Source: an uncultured Gemmatimonadales bacterium (GTDB taxonomy: Bacteria > Gemmatimonadota > Gemmatimonadetes > Gemmatimonadales > GWC2-71-9). Taken from it: 64,000 bases of DNA. Under the pieces are notes generated by a model. The model had not been told where the DNA came from, searched no databases, and saw nothing but the letters and a program-made list of their open reading frames with translations. The stretch covers positions 224,001-288,000 of the forward strand of contig CAWCVB010000001.1 in NCBI GenBank assembly GCA_963798915.1, given 5' to 3'. Numbering within the stretch: the stretch's first letter is position 1; each line of letters starts with the position of its first letter. Shown one piece after another: positions 50,737 to 60,025 of this stretch. Position numbers and translations under genes: made by a program.

Positions 50737-52156
50737 CTACCAATGCCCCAAACGCTCCGGCATTTCCGCCAGTTCCCACGCCGTGACCGCCACTGCCGTC
50801 GCGGCCTGGGTGAGCTGCTCCGGCCTCACCCGGTCGAAGGTATCATATTGGCTGTGGTGCGTGACGCTGAAATAGTCGAGCGCGTCCTGGATGGCGAAGA
50901 ATGCCGGCACGCCCGCCTCCGTGAATGACGCATGGTCGGAATCTCCTGATCGCTCGAGCGGCAGCTCGTTCACGCCGAGATCATTGAGCGGTGCGATCGC
51001 ACGGGCCATCAGCGGGCGAGCGTCTTCCCGTCCCTGCAGCGCCCAGCCACGGACTTTGCCGGTGCCGAGATCGAGAACCAGCACTGCCTGGATGCTGTCC
51101 AGCTCCGCCCTGTGCGCTTCGACGTAGGCCTTGGACCCCCAGTGGCCCTCTTCCTCGCCTGAAAAGAGCACCACCCGGATGGTGCGCTTCGGGCCTGAGC
51201 CCTGAGGCCTTGATGGCGCGCAGCGCCTCCATCACCGAGGCCACGCCTGTCCCGTTGTCGGTGGCGCCGGTGCCAAGATCCCACGAGTCAATGTGCCCGC
51301 CGATGATGACGACCTCACCGGGCTTCTCGCTTCCTGGTACTTCGCCGATGGTGTTGTACTGCTGCACCGGCTGCCTGGACGTGGTGCCTGGCAGGTTGAT
51401 CTCAAGTGTCACGCGTTCACCGCGAGCCGCCGAGCGCCGAAGCAGCAGATAGTCATTCCGGGACATGAAGGCATAGGGAATCTGCGGCGCCCAGCGACCG
51501 AGGCGCCAGACCGGGCCGCCGGTCATGGTCATGCCTTCGTTCTTGCCGGCGTTAGTGATGAACGCGAGGGCGCCTTCGTCTTTCATGGCCGTGGCAAGTT
51601 TCACCCGTACCGCATCATACGCGGCGCTGTCGGGTCCGAGGGGCGGCATCTCACCGAAGGTGACGATCTTGCCCTTGAACTGGCCGAAATACCTGTCGAG
51701 CCCTGCTGTGGTCTGCGACTCCACCACCAGCAGGTCGCCGCGCACTGTCCCCTTGGTGGCAGCTGACCAGCCGGCGGCCGCCAGGGTGAGCGCCTTGCCA
51801 TTCTGGGTGAGCAGGCGGGCGCTGGCCTCGCCGCGGGTCCAGGCACGGGGAAAGTCATACCCCTCTTCATGCACGTTGCTGGCACCGAACTTCGTCATGG
51901 TGCTCTCGGCCCATGCATGCGCATGCGCGATCTGCGGCGACGTGGTGAGCCGAGGCCCGATGACGTCGGCCAGGTATTCCGTCCATGCCACCGCCTGCTG
52001 ATGCTCGGCCATTTCACGGATGAGGCGCGCCGTGGCCGTCGTGTCCGACGCGGCGACTGCCGTGGCGCCGGGCCGGGAGGCCGGCGGCGGGGCCTGGGCA
52101 GCGAGGGGAGCGGCGGCGAGCGTGAGGGCGAGCAGGAGTGGGAGCTTGAGGTTCAT
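50737..52156 (-). CDS. Secreted M28-family metallopeptidase with an apparent 1-nt insertion near 51192
   Basis: GPRLT, GGHIDSWD, GATDNGTG, then PKRTIRVVLFSGEEEG, SDH in the shifted frame. Confidence 0.85.
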
Positions 52157-52165
52157 TAGTCCTTG

Positions 52166-52256
52166 GTCGTCAGTCGTCAGTCTTCAGTCGTCAGTCATCA
52201 GTCGTCAGTCATCAGTCGTCAGTCGTCAGTCGTCAGTCATCAGTCATCAGTCTTCA
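52166..52256. repeat. (GTCNTCA)13 heptamer array
   Basis: Counted directly; last unit supplies the upstream gene's stop. Confidence 0.95.
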
Positions 52257-52976
52257 GCTTTCCAGCCTTCTGATCCGAATATTCCTCAGCATCAGCCGGC
52301 CGTTGTGGTCGCCCTGTACCGCGATCACGCCGCGGGGCAGCCTGCCGTAATCGACCCAGTCGGCAAACTTGCTGGCCTTGACCTTGGCCCACCAGTCGTC
52401 GCTGCCGAGCACGTAGGACAGCAGCTTGGTGCCATTGAGCCAGTGCTCCACACTGTCGCCCTTCACGACGATACGCGCTGTGTTCCACTCTCCCAGCGGA
52501 TTGAGGTGGCCCGGCGGGGAGGGATAGAGTCCGTAGGCAGCGCCGGCCGAGGTGAGGCGGCTGGCTCCGTCGGGCGCGTTGGCGTCATCCAGCAACTGAT
52601 ACTCCGGCGCCGTCCAGTAGATGTGCTCGTACCCCTCGTTGCCACGATAGAAGATGCCGGCATTTCCACCCTTGGTCAGCTGCCAGTCCATGACCAGCTC
52701 GAAATCGCGAAATGTGTCGCGGGTGACAATATCTTCGACGCTGGAATCCTTGACGACCATCCCGCTATCCACTCGCCACCCCACCGGCGCCGAGTCGGTC
52801 TGGTACCCGCGCCACTTATCGAGGGTCTTGCCATCGAAGAGCAGGGTCCAGCCGGAATCGCGCTGTGCCTGGGTGAGGGTATTGGGTCCGGTGGCGACGG
52901 CAGCCGCCTCAGGGGCCGGCTTGGAGCAGGCGGCTAGCGCAAATCGCAGTGAGCAGGGCGGGCAGTCGTAGTGCAT
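52254..52976 (-). CDS. DUF1080 (3-keto-disaccharide hydrolase-like) lipoprotein
   Basis: GWTLLFDGK, GNAGIF, EYQLLD, GEWN, QGDH, RNIRI. Confidence 0.9.
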   Translation of the reverse strand: MHYDCPPCSLRFALAACSKPAPEAAAVATGPNTLTQAQRDSGWTLLFDGKTLDKWRGYQTDSAPVGWRVDSGMVVKDSSVEDIVTRDTFRDFELVMDWQLTKGGNAGIFYRGNEGYEHIYWTAPEYQLLDDANAPDGASRLTSAGAAYGLYPSPPGHLNPLGEWNTARIVVKGDSVEHWLNGTKLLSYVLGSDDWWAKVKASKFADWVDYGRLPRGVIAVQGDHNGRLMLRNIRIRRLES

Positions 52977-53038
52977 TGTGTTCCTCGAATGGAGCGTAGG
53001 CAGACGCGGGACACGCGACTCGAAACCTCGCATATCGC

Positions 53039-53132
53039 GTCACCCCGGTGAAAACCGGGGTCCATGAGGGCTTCGGTCATGGCGACTCATACCGGGTGGG
53101 CCCTCATGGATTCCTGCTTCCGCAGGAATGAC
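53039..53132. repeat. 94-bp GTCA...TGAC double-hairpin repeat, inverted relative to 20921-21014
   Basis: Same length and central sequence. Confidence 0.85.
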
Positions 53133-53169
53133 GGAGGGTGCGAACTGGCCCGTCGAGCCGCCGAGCCCG

Positions 53170-55344
53170 CTATTCCCCGGGATGATACACCCGCTCGGTG
53201 TGCCCCTTCAGCTGACCCGGATAAAAGTACACCGGCCTCAGGTTCCCGCTGGCGTAGCGTTCCGTCTCATCATTGAAATGGGGCGAGGTGGGGTGCCCGC
53301 TCTCTCCCCCGGCGGTGACGGCCCGCGCCGTCACGCTGTCGCCAAATTCCACTACGGCGACGAAGCTGTTGCCGCTGGTGCCATACCACTTCTCGGTTCC
53401 GGGATAGGGCCGAGCGCCGAATGACGCCAGCGAACCCCACCGTGACGAAGTGAACGGCACCGGGCTGCTGGGCTTGGCGTCATCGAACTTCTGCACAATG
53501 AGACTGTCGTTGCGTTGGAAGCGGTTGATCTCGCCCCAGGGCGTTTTCCAGGTCCCGAACTGGCGTATGAGAAGGCGGCTGGCCTCGATCAGCGCGTCCA
53601 TCCGTTCCGTCGTGGTGGCGCCATCCACCAGGTAGTCGCTGATCGACTTGCCAGCCTGGTCTGCCGCCGGGCCCACGTGCTGGGCCAGACCGGTGCCCCA
53701 GAAGACGGCCAGCGTGGTCGGCACCGACGTGGCCGACCAGCGATAGTCCCAGGAGCGAAGCGAGTCAATCTGTTCATCGAGGGTCAAGCGTCGTGGGTCA
53801 TGCGCCGGCAGCGAATCATATGACTTGATCAGCGGCGGCAGCAGCCGGGCGAAGCCAGTCAGGTAGCTGTCATACGCCGCATCGATCAGCCCCTGCACCG
53901 TGAAGTCCTTCTTGTTCTGCAGCACCCTGATCGCATGCAGCCCGCGGAAGGATTCCCCGCCCTTCTCCACGTACTTCGGAAAATCTTCCTTCTTCGGGCT
54001 GCTGGGGCCGGCCGCGGACCAGGGCCAGTTGTTGCTGTTGTAGAGCCACCCGCTCGCGGGATTGAAGACATTGGGCGACTGGTCCACCGACAGCAGCCCT
54101 TTCCAGTCGGTCCGCGGATCGCTGCCGTCGACCGGCTTGGTCCAATCAAACGACGTGTCGCGCCGAGGAATGAAGTTGGCGTGGAAGTAGGCGATGTTGC
54201 CGTCGGCGTCCGCATAGACGGTGTTGTTGGAGCTGTTGGTGTGCAGCTCCATGATCCGGCGGAATTCCTTGAAATTCTTTGCCTTGGTCCGGGTGTATGA
54301 CTGGGTCAAAGCCTTGACCGGCGCAAACATCATGGCCACGCTCACCCACTTGTCGCCTTCTTTCCGCACCACTGGCCCGTGCCGGGTGAAGTAGGCGGTG
54401 ATGGTCTTGCTGGCCATTCCGGTGTCGGTCCGGAACGGCACGGTGATCTGCCGGGTGCGGACCGGCAGCTCCTGGTCGCCGTACTGGTAGAACCACTTCC
54501 CGTCCTTCTCGGTGACCGTTTCCAGATATTCGTCGATCGCGTCGGCCCCGGTGCTGGTGTGCATCCAGCCCAGGCGGGGGTTCCAGCCCTGATAGACGAA
54601 GAATTGTCCCCAGGTCACCGCGCCGTAGGCATTGAGCCCTTCGTCGCTGGACACCTGCAATTCAGACCGGAAGAAGAACGAGGTGTGGGGATTGATGAGG
54701 AAGAGGGCGTGATGATCGGCCGTGTTGGACGGCGCGATGGCGATGCCGTTGGAACCGGTGGGCTCCCGGGTCCAGGATTCCAGGCTGGTGCGGCGTGGCG
54801 GCGGGCCCTGGCGCGGCTCCCCGTACATTCGGTCCAGGCCCCGGGTGCTGATCGTCTCGATGTCGCCGCCGATGCTGCCCTCACTGAATGAGAGCGCCAT
54901 CCAGGGCTGGTAGTGGGCGATGACCGGCTTTACGCCGGGATGCTTGTACAGGTAGAAATTGAGCCCGTCAGCCCAGGCGTCCATCAGCTTCCGGAGCCAC
55001 GCGGGGCTCCCCCTATACATCGCCTTGAGCGAGTCGTCCTGGATGTACAGACGGGCCCGGAAATCCTGAAAGAGTGCACTCTCGCCGTCGGCCTGGGCGG
55101 TGCGGCCCAGCGCAAAGAGATAGTTGCGCTCGATCCGGTTGAAGTCATCCTCTGCCTGGGCGTAGATCATCCCGAAGACGGCGTCGGCGTCAGTCTTGCC
55201 GTGGATGTGGGCAATGCCCCAATCATCACGGGTGATGCTGACGGCCTCTGCCTCGCGCTGCCATCGGGCCTGGTCGGCGGAGGATTGCGCGGCGAGTGGC
55301 GCGGCAATCGTGAGGAGAGACGCGACGAAGGCCAGTTTGATCAT
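53170..55344 (-). CDS. Penicillin acylase-family Ntn hydrolase
   Basis: Signal peptide, RDDWGIAHI, YAQAED, G-SNG nucleophile, INPH, GESG. Confidence 0.93.
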   Translation of the reverse strand: MIKLAFVASLLTIAAPLAAQSSADQARWQREAEAVSITRDDWGIAHIHGKTDADAVFGMIYAQAEDDFNRIERNYLFALGRTAQADGESALFQDFRARLYIQDDSLKAMYRGSPAWLRKLMDAWADGLNFYLYKHPGVKPVIAHYQPWMALSFSEGSIGGDIETISTRGLDRMYGEPRQGPPPRRTSLESWTREPTGSNGIAIAPSNTADHHALFLINPHTSFFFRSELQVSSDEGLNAYGAVTWGQFFVYQGWNPRLGWMHTSTGADAIDEYLETVTEKDGKWFYQYGDQELPVRTRQITVPFRTDTGMASKTITAYFTRHGPVVRKEGDKWVSVAMMFAPVKALTQSYTRTKAKNFKEFRRIMELHTNSSNNTVYADADGNIAYFHANFIPRRDTSFDWTKPVDGSDPRTDWKGLLSVDQSPNVFNPASGWLYNSNNWPWSAAGPSSPKKEDFPKYVEKGGESFRGLHAIRVLQNKKDFTVQGLIDAAYDSYLTGFARLLPPLIKSYDSLPAHDPRRLTLDEQIDSLRSWDYRWSATSVPTTLAVFWGTGLAQHVGPAADQAGKSISDYLVDGATTTERMDALIEASRLLIRQFGTWKTPWGEINRFQRNDSLIVQKFDDAKPSSPVPFTSSRWGSLASFGARPYPGTEKWYGTSGNSFVAVVEFGDSVTARAVTAGGESGHPTSPHFNDETERYASGNLRPVYFYPGQLKGHTERVYHPGE

Positions 55345-55360
55345 CGGGATCCCGTCTCGG

Positions 55361-55469
55361 AGGGGCAAAGCCAAGGCTTTGCCCCTCGCTGCGTGATGTT
55401 CGTACATGGGGAATTCAAGGGTGCGGGAATCAGGGCCATAACGCAAGTAGGGGCGACGCGTGCGTCGCC
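55361..55469. repeat. Two GTAG-type REP-like palindromes
   Basis: AGGGGCAAAGCCAAGGCTTTGCCCCT (55361-55386); GTAGGGGCGACGCGTGCGTCGCC (55447-55469). Confidence 0.8.
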
Positions 55470-55474
55470 AGCGT

Positions 55475-56659
55475 TCACACCACAACCAGTTCCCGCTGGT
55501 AATCCGACGGGGTCACGTCCAGCCCGTCGGCCCGGGCATGGGCATTGACTTCGCTTCGGACACCGATCTCACCGGGGAAGTACACACCCGGCTCGACCGA
55601 GAAGCCGGACCCGGGAAGAATGAGCCGGCTGTCGAAGCTCTCGGTATCGTCAATGGTGGGCCCGAAACCGTGGAGCCCCACCCGATCAATCGAGTGTCCG
55701 GTGCGGCAGATGGTTCGATCGGCGAAGCCGGCCCGGGCAATCACCGCCTGGGCCGCCCGATCGGCCTCGGCGCCCGCCACCGGCGTGCCGCTCGTGAGCC
55801 GGTCGCGCAGCAGGTCGAGCGCCGCATCCCGCGCATCGCGTACCACCGTCCAGATTTCGTTCGCCCGGCGCGACGGGTCGCCGATGGAGGCCATCCAGGT
55901 CTGGTCGGCGTAGACGCCACCTGGCTCCCTGGCCCAGAGATCGAGCAGGAGGAGCGCCCCGGGAACGATCGGGAGCGACCCCGATTCCGGTGCTTCGTAA
56001 TGGGCCCGCGCCGCGTTGGCGCCATAGGAGACGCTGGGGCTGGATTCGGTAACCAGTCCCACTTGCTCGAACGCCCGCAACACCCAGATGGTCAGTTCGT
56101 GCTCGGTCATCGGCTCCGCCGACCGGGACCGGTCGCCCGCCAGCCGGAACGCCTCGCGCGCGATCGCGGCCGCATGGCCGGCGGCGCGAAGGTGGCTCGC
56201 CAGGTCATGGGCCGTCCATGCAGAGCAGGTGCGGGTTACCAGGTCGGCCGAGGAGACCACGGTGGCGCCGGCGGAGCGGACCAGCTCGAGCGTGCCAGCC
56301 GGCACGTAATCGCCATAGGGCACGTTCCCCATCGGGGAATATTCCATGGCGACCCGCTTCCCGCGCACCAGCGCGCCAAGATGCCGGCTGAGTTCGTCGC
56401 GACGGATCCAGACGATCTTCTGCCACTCGCCGGGCCAGCCGCGCCAGAGTTCAGCATCAACCGCATGAATCAGCGCGGTCGGCGTTCCGCGGCGCGGGAT
56501 CAGGACGTACTGCCGGCGACTGCCGAGCACTTCCTCACCGATCAGCGCCACAAAGATCGGATTGATGCCGCGGAAATCGAACAGCAGCCAGCCATCAATC
56601 GGGTCCGCGTTGGCGTCAAGTGCGGCGTGGACGTCTGGCAGAGCGGATGGAGTCAGCAT
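55475..56659 (-). CDS. M24-family (Xaa-Pro) peptidase
   Basis: AHY, LDLW, YADQT, TGHSI, SVEPGVY, GVRSE. Confidence 0.9.
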   Translation of the reverse strand: MLTPSALPDVHAALDANADPIDGWLLFDFRGINPIFVALIGEEVLGSRRQYVLIPRRGTPTALIHAVDAELWRGWPGEWQKIVWIRRDELSRHLGALVRGKRVAMEYSPMGNVPYGDYVPAGTLELVRSAGATVVSSADLVTRTCSAWTAHDLASHLRAAGHAAAIAREAFRLAGDRSRSAEPMTEHELTIWVLRAFEQVGLVTESSPSVSYGANAARAHYEAPESGSLPIVPGALLLLDLWAREPGGVYADQTWMASIGDPSRRANEIWTVVRDARDAALDLLRDRLTSGTPVAGAEADRAAQAVIARAGFADRTICRTGHSIDRVGLHGFGPTIDDTESFDSRLILPGSGFSVEPGVYFPGEIGVRSEVNAHARADGLDVTPSDYQRELVVV

Positions 56660-56674
56660 GGGCACGGGAAGAAA

Positions 56675-56874
56675 GACGGGAAGACGGGAAGACGGGAAGA
56701 CGGGAGGAAGGTCGCCATGGCGTCACGAGCGCGCAAGCGCGAGACGGCGAGACGGCGAGACGGCGAGACGGCGAGACGGCGAGACGGCGAGACGGCGAGA
56801 CGGCGAGACGAATGTCGCCCGTGTCGTCACCCCGGTGCAAACCGGGGTCCATGAGGGGCTCGTGCGTGGCGACC
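56675..56874. repeat. (GACGGGAA)3, (GACGGCGA)8 and a half GTCA element at 56826
   Basis: Counted directly. Confidence 0.9.
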
Positions 56875-56880
56875 ACGATG

Positions 56881-58320
56881 TCACTGCGACAGCAGGGCCG
56901 GAAGCAGTACATGCGCCATGACCTCGTTGGCGGGCGATTCCACATTGAAGGCGCCACCGGTAAAGACCGCGATCAGGTCGAGCGACGGCACGAGATACAC
57001 CTTCTGCCCGCCGTTGCCCGAAAGCATGACGGTATCTACCCGCCGGGTGCCATCCGGGGTCGGCACGGCGTACCAGCGATGCCAGATGCCCAAGCCGTAG
57101 TCGCTGTCGTCCACCCGGGACTGGGTGCTGACTGCGGCCGCGATCCACGCCTTGGAGATCACCTGGCGTCCCTGCCACTGGCCGTGCTGCTGTATGAGCA
57201 GGCCAAGCTTCAGCATGTCGCGGGGCCGAAGATGGATCTGTCCAAAGTCATTGCGCTCGCTCTGGTCCAGCACAAAGCGCCAATGCCACTGGTCCGGCGC
57301 GACACCGAGGGGCCCGAAGAGCACCTGTTGGGCAAAGTCGGGCAGCGGCTTGCCGGCGGCGAGCTCGATCATCCGCCCGGCGGTTGCAAAGCCGAACGAA
57401 CAATATTGCCCGACGGTCCCCGGCTCGGCGACGGCCGGCAGATCCATGAAGGCCCTGGGCCAGTCGGGCGTGTCGTACAGTTTCACCTCATTACCAGGCG
57501 ACGCATCATCGTGGTCATCGCACGCGAGGCCGGACTGATTGCTCAGCAGGTTGGTGAGAGTGATACGTGACTTGCGGGAATCAGGATGGGCCACCGTCGA
57601 ATACCCGAGGCGAGCCAGCACCGGCTCGTCGCGCCGCAGCAGGCCTCGATCAATGGCCGCACCGGCGAGCAGGGAAATCACGCTCTTGGTGAGCGAGCGC
57701 ATCTGGTGGGGCCGCTCGCGGTCGTAGCCGTAGAAATACTCCTCCAGTACCAGCGCCCCCTTCCGGTACAGCAGAATCGAGCGGATATCAGGATAGCGCC
57801 CGTCAAGCACGCCACTCACGATCTGCGCAGCGACGCTGCAGCGCACCGTCGTTGGGCCGGGCTGGGCGACCGGAATGCCGTCATGGAGCTTGGCGGGCTG
57901 GACGCAGCGATAGGGAGTGGGCGTTCCATTCGGGCCTGGCGGCCGAGGCGCGAGCAGCGCCCGCGCGGCGTCATCCACGGCGGGGGAGATCCGCGCGAAT
58001 GTATCGCCGTGCTCCATGAATGCCACGACGTGGCCGGCAGGGGCGCGCAGGAACGGAATCGAGTCGCCCCCCGGATTCGTGAACGTGTCTGCGGCGACCG
58101 GGCGGAGTCGGTACTTGGCCTCGTCGATGATCGCCACCAGGTCCGTGCTGTCCGCCACCATGAACAGACTGTCGCCATTGCGATAGTGGTAGAGCCCTTC
58201 GAACTGGGAGAGTGTCTGGCCTGGCGGCGGAGTATGGCCGTCCGTCGGCGATTGTGCCGCCGCGCGAGTCGCCGTGGCCGCCGCAACCAGGGCGGCGGCA
58301 AGCAATCGTGGAAGTGTCAT
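56881..58320 (-). CDS. Serine hydrolase, beta-lactamase family
   Basis: RSLTKS (SxxK), LLSNQSG, YCS, SGNGGQ; signal peptide. Confidence 0.9.
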   Translation of the reverse strand: MTLPRLLAAALVAAATATRAAAQSPTDGHTPPPGQTLSQFEGLYHYRNGDSLFMVADSTDLVAIIDEAKYRLRPVAADTFTNPGGDSIPFLRAPAGHVVAFMEHGDTFARISPAVDDAARALLAPRPPGPNGTPTPYRCVQPAKLHDGIPVAQPGPTTVRCSVAAQIVSGVLDGRYPDIRSILLYRKGALVLEEYFYGYDRERPHQMRSLTKSVISLLAGAAIDRGLLRRDEPVLARLGYSTVAHPDSRKSRITLTNLLSNQSGLACDDHDDASPGNEVKLYDTPDWPRAFMDLPAVAEPGTVGQYCSFGFATAGRMIELAAGKPLPDFAQQVLFGPLGVAPDQWHWRFVLDQSERNDFGQIHLRPRDMLKLGLLIQQHGQWQGRQVISKAWIAAAVSTQSRVDDSDYGLGIWHRWYAVPTPDGTRRVDTVMLSGNGGQKVYLVPSLDLIAVFTGGAFNVESPANEVMAHVLLPALLSQ

Positions 58321-58472
58321 GCGTCTCAGTATAGAGCGGAAGGATGGAAGGCGCACGGGCCAGATGGCGAGACTGGTGTCGCGTTCAGGCGATCTGGCTG
58401 AAGCAGCTCAAGTCGCGTGACTTGCTCCGGAGCGTTGCTCACGAGATCCGTGGCTCTTCTCAGGGTGATCTG

Positions 58473-59315
58473 CTAGTGCACCCCCACCCTCCCCAGAAAC
58501 CCATCCACCGCCCTGGTATACGCCGAGTCGGCGCCGAGCTGGCTGTCTATCTGCGCGTGACTCTTGTCGAGTGGCAGCACCGTGGCTTCGCCGCCCAGCT
58601 CGCTGGCCCGTGCCGCAAGTGCGCTCGCCTGCGCACACGAATTCCGCCGCCGGCTGGAGCAGACCAGCAGCAGCGGCACCGCCGCGTGATCCAACCTGAG
58701 GGTGGGTGAGACACTGCGCCAGTAGGCGGGATCCTTGCCGAAGGCGCGGTCGAACAGGCGGAGGTGCGGCGACTCCATGATGGCGACGATGTTGTACGAA
58801 CCGGCGTCGAGCCCGATGGTCCCGAGCCAGGGCCTCACGCCAGCACGCTGCGCAAGCGCGCTGTCTGCGGTCACGAGCGCCACGAGCTGCCCGCCCGCCG
58901 AGTGGCCCATCAGCACCACTCGGCTGCCATCGCCACCCCAGCGCGCCGCATTCCGCTGTACGTACGCTACCGCCCGGGCCACGTCCTCCGCCTCGGCGCT
59001 GACATTCACCTCCGGCAGCATGCGGTAGTTGACCGAGACGACGATGTACCCCTCAGGCAGCCAGTGGCGCACCTTGTTCCGCACCACGCCGGAGGAGGTC
59101 TTGTCGCCGATAGCCCAGGCGCCGCCATGGACCATGACGATCACCGGCGCGCCATCGGCGTGCGCCGGCAGGTACACGTCCAGCCGCTGCCGGGTGGCTG
59201 GGCCGTAGGCCACGTCCCGCTCCACCCGCGCACCGGGCGGCAGGGTGGAGCGGCGCTGCGCCTGGAGCGGAGGCGCGAAGAGGAGAATGGAGATCGCGAT
59301 GATCACGTGGCGCAC
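58473..59315 (-). CDS. Secreted alpha/beta hydrolase (esterase)
   Basis: HGGAW, GHSAG. Confidence 0.92.
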   Translation of the reverse strand: MRHVIIAISILLFAPPLQAQRRSTLPPGARVERDVAYGPATRQRLDVYLPAHADGAPVIVMVHGGAWAIGDKTSSGVVRNKVRHWLPEGYIVVSVNYRMLPEVNVSAEAEDVARAVAYVQRNAARWGGDGSRVVLMGHSAGGQLVALVTADSALAQRAGVRPWLGTIGLDAGSYNIVAIMESPHLRLFDRAFGKDPAYWRSVSPTLRLDHAAVPLLLVCSSRRRNSCAQASALAARASELGGEATVLPLDKSHAQIDSQLGADSAYTRAVDGFLGRVGVH

Positions 59316-59350
59316 GCTGTGGCTCCCCAGTTCGGCCCGAGAAGGACGGC

Positions 59351-59683
59351 TTACAGATTCTCCTGGATGAACCGGGGACTCAGGTGCACGTCTACCTGCA
59401 CCAATGGCTCATCGCCAATAGCCGTGAACCCGTGCACTTCACCAGCCTTGATGACGAAGATGTCGCCGGCACGACCTTCGAATTCCTGGCCGTTGACCTG
59501 CCACCGCCCGCGCCCCGATCGCACGAACTGGACTTCATCGTACGGATGGCGATGTGGACCCGGCCCCTTGCCCGGCTCGGCGCTCAGCAGGAACACGGAA
59601 ATACCGGTGTCGCCCTGGTCGGCACCGACAAAGTTGTAGGAACTGCCGATGAAGGGAAGGTCCTCCTGCCGGACGTGGTGCAT
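59351..59683 (-). CDS. Cupin-domain protein
   Basis: PHRHPYDE, GEVHGF; SD GAGG. Confidence 0.9.
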   Translation of the reverse strand: MHHVRQEDLPFIGSSYNFVGADQGDTGISVFLLSAEPGKGPGPHRHPYDEVQFVRSGRGRWQVNGQEFEGRAGDIFVIKAGEVHGFTAIGDEPLVQVDVHLSPRFIQENL

Positions 59684-59733
59684 GGTGTACCTCGTGGAGG
59701 GTCGAGGGTCGATGGTCGCAGGTCGCCAGGCGG

Positions 59734-59952
59734 TGTCATTGCGAGGAGGCGCCGTAGGGGGGAGGCTTGCCTCGCCAGGGGGAGGCTTGCCTCGCCCGCA
59801 GGCGCCGACGAAGCAATCCTGCAGTCCATACGTGATCTCTTGGCCGATGTCTACCTGGTCGCCAGCGTCCGACCTCTGGCTGAACTCTGGCGAAGATCAC
59901 GGTCGGGCCGCAAGGTTGCTTTGCACGCCCGATGGGCGTACTCGCAATGACA
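59734..59952. repeat. TGTCATTGCGAG...CTCGCAATGACA element with nested duplicated GTAG-type hairpin
   Basis: 12-bp terminal inverted repeats; GGGGGAGGCTTGCCTCGCC twice inside. Confidence 0.8.
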
Positions 59953-59970
59953 GCGCATGGCTGAGCTCCT

Positions 59971-60010
59971 GCCCGCCCTGCCCGCCCTGCCCGCCCTGCC
60001 CGCCTTGCCC
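59971..60010. repeat. (GCCCGCCYT)n nonamer array
   Basis: Similar array at 48257-48280. Confidence 0.8.
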
Positions 60011-60025
60011 GTCCTGCCGAGCCGC

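Noticed and set aside
56881..58320. Bona fide beta-lactamase resistance gene
   Set aside because: SxxK fold is shared by many esterases and amidases; YCS replaces YxN and nothing else supports resistance
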